From: a virus
IMG/VR virus record: IMGVR_UViG_3300036845_000721
Coordinates: 1 to 64,000 of that record
Strand: one strand, 5' to 3'
Length of the DNA stretch: 64,000 nt
Part shown: piece by piece, positions 61,287-64,000 of the stretch
How positions within the stretch are numbered: the first letter of the stretch is position 1
Layout of the letters: the number at the start of each line of letters is the position of its first letter
Notes under the pieces: model-generated
What the model was told of the DNA's origin: nothing
What the model saw: the letters and a program-made list of their open reading frames with translations, nothing else
Databases searched by the model: none
Translations under genes and position numbers: made by a program

Positions 61287-61873
61287 GCCTCCATTCGCCC
61301 GGTGCCCTGCAGCACCCGGATAACGTCTTGCCGCTGCTCCATCGCTTCCTGCCAGCCGCTGCTCGGGTAGCGCCCGGACAGGATGGCCGCGATGGCGTCC
61401 AGCGCCCCGGACTCCGGCGTGGTGCGCTTCTCGGCCGCGTTCAGCTTGGCCGCCGCGCGCTGGGCTGAGCTGTAGCTGGCGTAGCGGACCAGGGTGTCGG
61501 CCGCGCTGAGGTAGTACCGGTCCCGGACCGGAACCCGGTCGCTCTCCGCGCCAGCCCCCCGGATCAGGAACCAGTGCCGCTTGCCCGCGCCGTTGCTGGC
61601 CGGCTGCCAGGGCGGCAGCGCGAGGCCGTTGTCTTCGCCGAGGAAGGCCAGGATCTCGCGGGCGAACCGGGCCAGGTCGCCGGCGGATGGCCGGATGCTG
61701 ACGTAGCTGCCGCTCCCCGGCTTCTCCGCGTGCAGGCCGGGGCTGTCAGGCGTCCCCTCCAGGTACAGGTACGCACCCGTGCGGAGGCTGTCCCAGGCGG
61801 TATGGCCCCAGAGTCTCGCGTGGCCGTGGGCTGGCAGCTCCGGCAGCCCGGTGTCGGCAGTGGTCTCGGTCAT
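61283..61873 (-). CDS. Hypothetical protein
   Basis: Motif at 61877. Confidence 0.55.
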   Translation of the reverse strand: MTETTADTGLPELPAHGHARLWGHTAWDSLRTGAYLYLEGTPDSPGLHAEKPGSGSYVSIRPSAGDLARFAREILAFLGEDNGLALPPWQPASNGAGKRHWFLIRGAGAESDRVPVRDRYYLSAADTLVRYASYSSAQRAAAKLNAAEKRTTPESGALDAIAAILSGRYPSSGWQEAMEQRQDVIRVLQGTGRMEA

Positions 61874-62205
61874 GTACTGTCTCCTGTCTTCGTTCCGAAC
61901 ACGTCCGCCTCGGTGAGAGGTGCGGCGCTGGTGATGCCGGCGTTCGCCAGCTTGCGGGCCAGCCCCAGCACGGAGCTGCGCTCGCCCAGCGTGTACTCGC
62001 CCTCGCTGGCGATGTCGGCGCGCATGCCGACCGCCAGCCCGATCGGGTACGCGGCGGCCGGCGGGATGACCAGCACCCCGTCTTCGACCCGGGCGCCGGC
62101 CTCCGCCGCCGCGGCCATGCTCTCGCTGCCGCTGGCGATCAGGTCGGCCAGCCATTCCGCCTGGCGCGGCGTGACCGGGATGCGGATATCGGTTTTGTCT
62201 GTCAT
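61870..62205 (-). CDS. Hypothetical protein
   Basis: GGAGG SD, coupled. Confidence 0.5.
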   Translation of the reverse strand: MTDKTDIRIPVTPRQAEWLADLIASGSESMAAAAEAGARVEDGVLVIPPAAAYPIGLAVGMRADIASEGEYTLGERSSVLGLARKLANAGITSAAPLTEADVFGTKTGDST

Positions 62206-62207
62206 TG

Positions 62208-62492
62208 TCAGCTGCCTCCGGTCAGGCCGCGCTGGATCGCGTCCATGATCGCGGACGCGGCCTCGCGGCAGCCGATTGTCTGGGCGTAGTCGGACTGCAG
62301 GTTCCACTCGTGGATCACGCTGATCACTTCGATCAGGGCGGTGGCGAACGCGGCCACGGTCGGGTCGGCGGCTGCGCGGGCATGGGCCAGGGCCGCGCTC
62401 AGCTGCCCTTCCACGTCCGCCGGGCCGGGGAACAGCGCCCGCAGCTTGCTGGCGGCGGCGGCGAAGTCCGGGTCCGGGGGTGTGCTGCTCAT
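62208..62492 (-). CDS. Hypothetical protein
   Basis: CAGGAGGA SD. Confidence 0.5.
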   Translation of the reverse strand: MSSTPPDPDFAAAASKLRALFPGPADVEGQLSAALAHARAAADPTVAAFATALIEVISVIHEWNLQSDYAQTIGCREAASAIMDAIQRGLTGGS

Positions 62493-62537
62493 CGCGTTGT
62501 CCTCCTGTGTTCTCGGGTGCCGAGTGCAGAATTGCAC

Positions 62538-62996
62538 TCAGGCGGCCAGCAGGGCCGGCGTCTTGCGCTTGCGCCGGTACCGTTTCGGGATGATCGACAG
62601 CCCGGTCCGAGTGCCGGGATTGCAGCGCGGGCACAGCTTCGGTCCGTAGTTCCGGTCCTTGAGCGCCTTCTCGTGCTCCTCGGTGGCGCTCGCCCAGATC
62701 CGGACGATGGTGAACTCGGTGCCCGCCCCGGTGACCACGGCCAGCAGCCGCGCGCCGCGCCCGGCCCGGTGCTGCCTGATCCGGTCCGCGACCCCGGCCG
62801 CCTGCTCGCCGGTCAGGTACCGGCAGGTGATCCGGGTCTGCATCGCGGCCCGGACCTCGGCCATGATCTCCGGGACGGCGAGCGCCGGGTCATCGGGGTA
62901 GGCGAAGCCGAGGTAATGCCGGGCGTGCTGGTAGGGATTGTCCGCCCAGCACACCAGGTACAGCGCGCCGCGCCGCCGGTACCGGCGCCGGCTCAC
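62538..62996 (-). CDS. GIY-YIG-like endonuclease
   Basis: LYL.....PY.HARHYLG...RI.QH..G.GARL...E..LK......CP.C. Confidence 0.7.
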   Translation of the reverse strand: MSRRRYRRRGALYLVCWADNPYQHARHYLGFAYPDDPALAVPEIMAEVRAAMQTRITCRYLTGEQAAGVADRIRQHRAGRGARLLAVVTGAGTEFTIVRIWASATEEHEKALKDRNYGPKLCPRCNPGTRTGLSIIPKRYRRKRKTPALLAA

Positions 62997-63433
62997 GCGT
63001 CCCGCTCCGGATCGTGCAGCCCCGGCCACATGCTGCCGCGCGGCGGCGCCTGCGGGCAGGCCAGCCGGTCGATCTCGTCCCGGCCGTCGTCACGCGGCGG
63101 CCGTGCCCAGGCATCGCTCTGATCGGCCCACAGCCCGTCAGCGCCCTGCTCGATGTCTGCCCGGCAGTACCGGCACCTGCGCACCAGGGCATCGGTCCCG
63201 GCGTGCATGCCCGGGGCCAGGTCGCGGATTACTCGGCCGTCGCCCGCGTTCCGCCAGTAGTAGCCGTTCTCGTCCGGGCTGCGCGTCTCGTCATCGGCCG
63301 AGATGCTGACACGGGTCACCTGCCGGCCCAGCCGGTCGGTCAGGCCGATGACGACGTTGACGATGCAGCCGGGCAGCTCGATGTGCAGCCGGTCCCCGCT
63401 GCGGTTGCGCTCGCCGAACACGATGGTTTTCAC
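62993..63433 (-). CDS. Hypothetical protein
   Basis: Tandem motif at 63437-63453. Confidence 0.55.
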   Translation of the reverse strand: MKTIVFGERNRSGDRLHIELPGCIVNVVIGLTDRLGRQVTRVSISADDETRSPDENGYYWRNAGDGRVIRDLAPGMHAGTDALVRRCRYCRADIEQGADGLWADQSDAWARPPRDDGRDEIDRLACPQAPPRGSMWPGLHDPERDA

Positions 63434-63846
63434 GGTCTGTCTCCTGTCTCCTGATCTTTCCGGGCCGCCCGCCGCCGGGTGTAGTCCTGCACGATGCCCA
63501 GGAACACGCGGTCCTTGAACAGCTCGCCGGCGGGCAGCTGCGAGTAGTCGTCCACCAGGCACGGGTGCGTCTTCCTCACGGGGTCCTTGACGTCGCCCCG
63601 CTTCCAGCCGTCCTTGCGCTTGGCAGCCGCCCAGCGCTGCCACAGCTGTTCCGCCGTGACGCCCGCCAGGACCGCGAGCACGCTGTCCCGGGTGGACTCC
63701 GCCATCCACCCGGGCGCGTCTTCCAGGCGCGGTGTCGGAGCCTCCGGCGGGCTGCCGGTACCGAGCTGGAGCCACCAGATCGCGCTGTTGCACGCGGCGA
63801 CCAGTTCCTCTAGCTCAGCGTCGCTTAGTCCCGGCACGGCGGTCAC
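63430..63846 (-). CDS. RyR-domain protein
   Basis: W...K..DGW..G..KD...KTHPCLV.Y..LP....KD. Confidence 0.75.
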   Translation of the reverse strand: MTAVPGLSDAELEELVAACNSAIWWLQLGTGSPPEAPTPRLEDAPGWMAESTRDSVLAVLAGVTAEQLWQRWAAAKRKDGWKRGDVKDPVRKTHPCLVDDYSQLPAGELFKDRVFLGIVQDYTRRRAARKDQETGDRP

Positions 63847-64000
63847 CCGGCTGGCTGGCAGGTGCAGTGCTTGTCCAGCCCGGAGCCCTGCAGCCCGCAG
63901 TCGCCGGCGTGCACGACCGGGGCCGCCTCGGTCACGGCCGGGTAGAAGCCCTGGCTGATGCCGTCCAGCAGCTTCGCCATCGCCTCCGAGAACGTGGACA

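Larger units (their letters stand above)
12711..63453. promoter_or_regulatory. Dispersed start-associated motif (GA[A/T])CAGGAGACAG, about 30 copies
   Basis: Exact CTGTCTCCTG on the plus strand at 13341, 13579, 16941, 17362, 17905, 18367, 20279, 22551, 23102, 25289, 45610, 47538, 56633, 59229, 61877, 63437 and 63444, plus near-matches; each lies a few nt upstream of a start codon. Confidence 0.85.

Noticed and set aside
1-64000. tRNA, rRNA, tmRNA, integrase/att site, transposase, reverse transcriptase or DGR
   Set aside because: No cloverleaf/T-loop signature or catalytic motifs seen by eye. Absence should be confirmed with tRNAscan-SE, ARAGORN and HMM searches.

Overview
A 64-kb slice of a large, high-GC actinobacterial tailed phage (siphovirus-like) or prophage. 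The host cannot be named from the sequence. There are four gene blocks. (1) Plus strand, 1-11.4 kb: end of the tape measure, glycine-rich tail proteins, an amidase endolysin, then a secreted LysM-Rpf and NlpC/P60 pair. (2) Minus strand, 11.7-31.2 kb: many small genes, including winged-helix proteins, a TOPRIM protein, a DUF932-like protein, an XRE regulator and Lsr2. (3) Plus strand, 31.3-45.4 kb: replication and recombination genes (Cas4-like exonuclease, SSB, SNF2-type helicase, RuvC-like resolvase, GIY-YIG, a 1446-aa primase-helicase-PolA fusion), ending in a second lysin. (4) Minus strand, 45.4-64 kb: a SPOUT methyltransferase, membrane proteins and many hypotheticals, plus one inverted HNH gene. 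I found no terminase, capsid, integrase, tRNA or CRISPR array. Most notable: a candidate ~205-nt structured ncRNA with its own -10 box; a structured leader on the rpf gene; the secreted Rpf/NlpC 'wake-up' pair; the tri-functional replicase, with an origin-like repeat cluster in its linker and His at PolA position 762; two lysins sharing an unrecognised C-terminal domain; a start-associated motif (CAGGAGACAG) with an adjacent palindrome (TTCCGG-N4-CCGGAA); and four in-frame TTA codons that all fall where the protein would be expected to end. All family assignments come from motif recognition by eye, with no database search.
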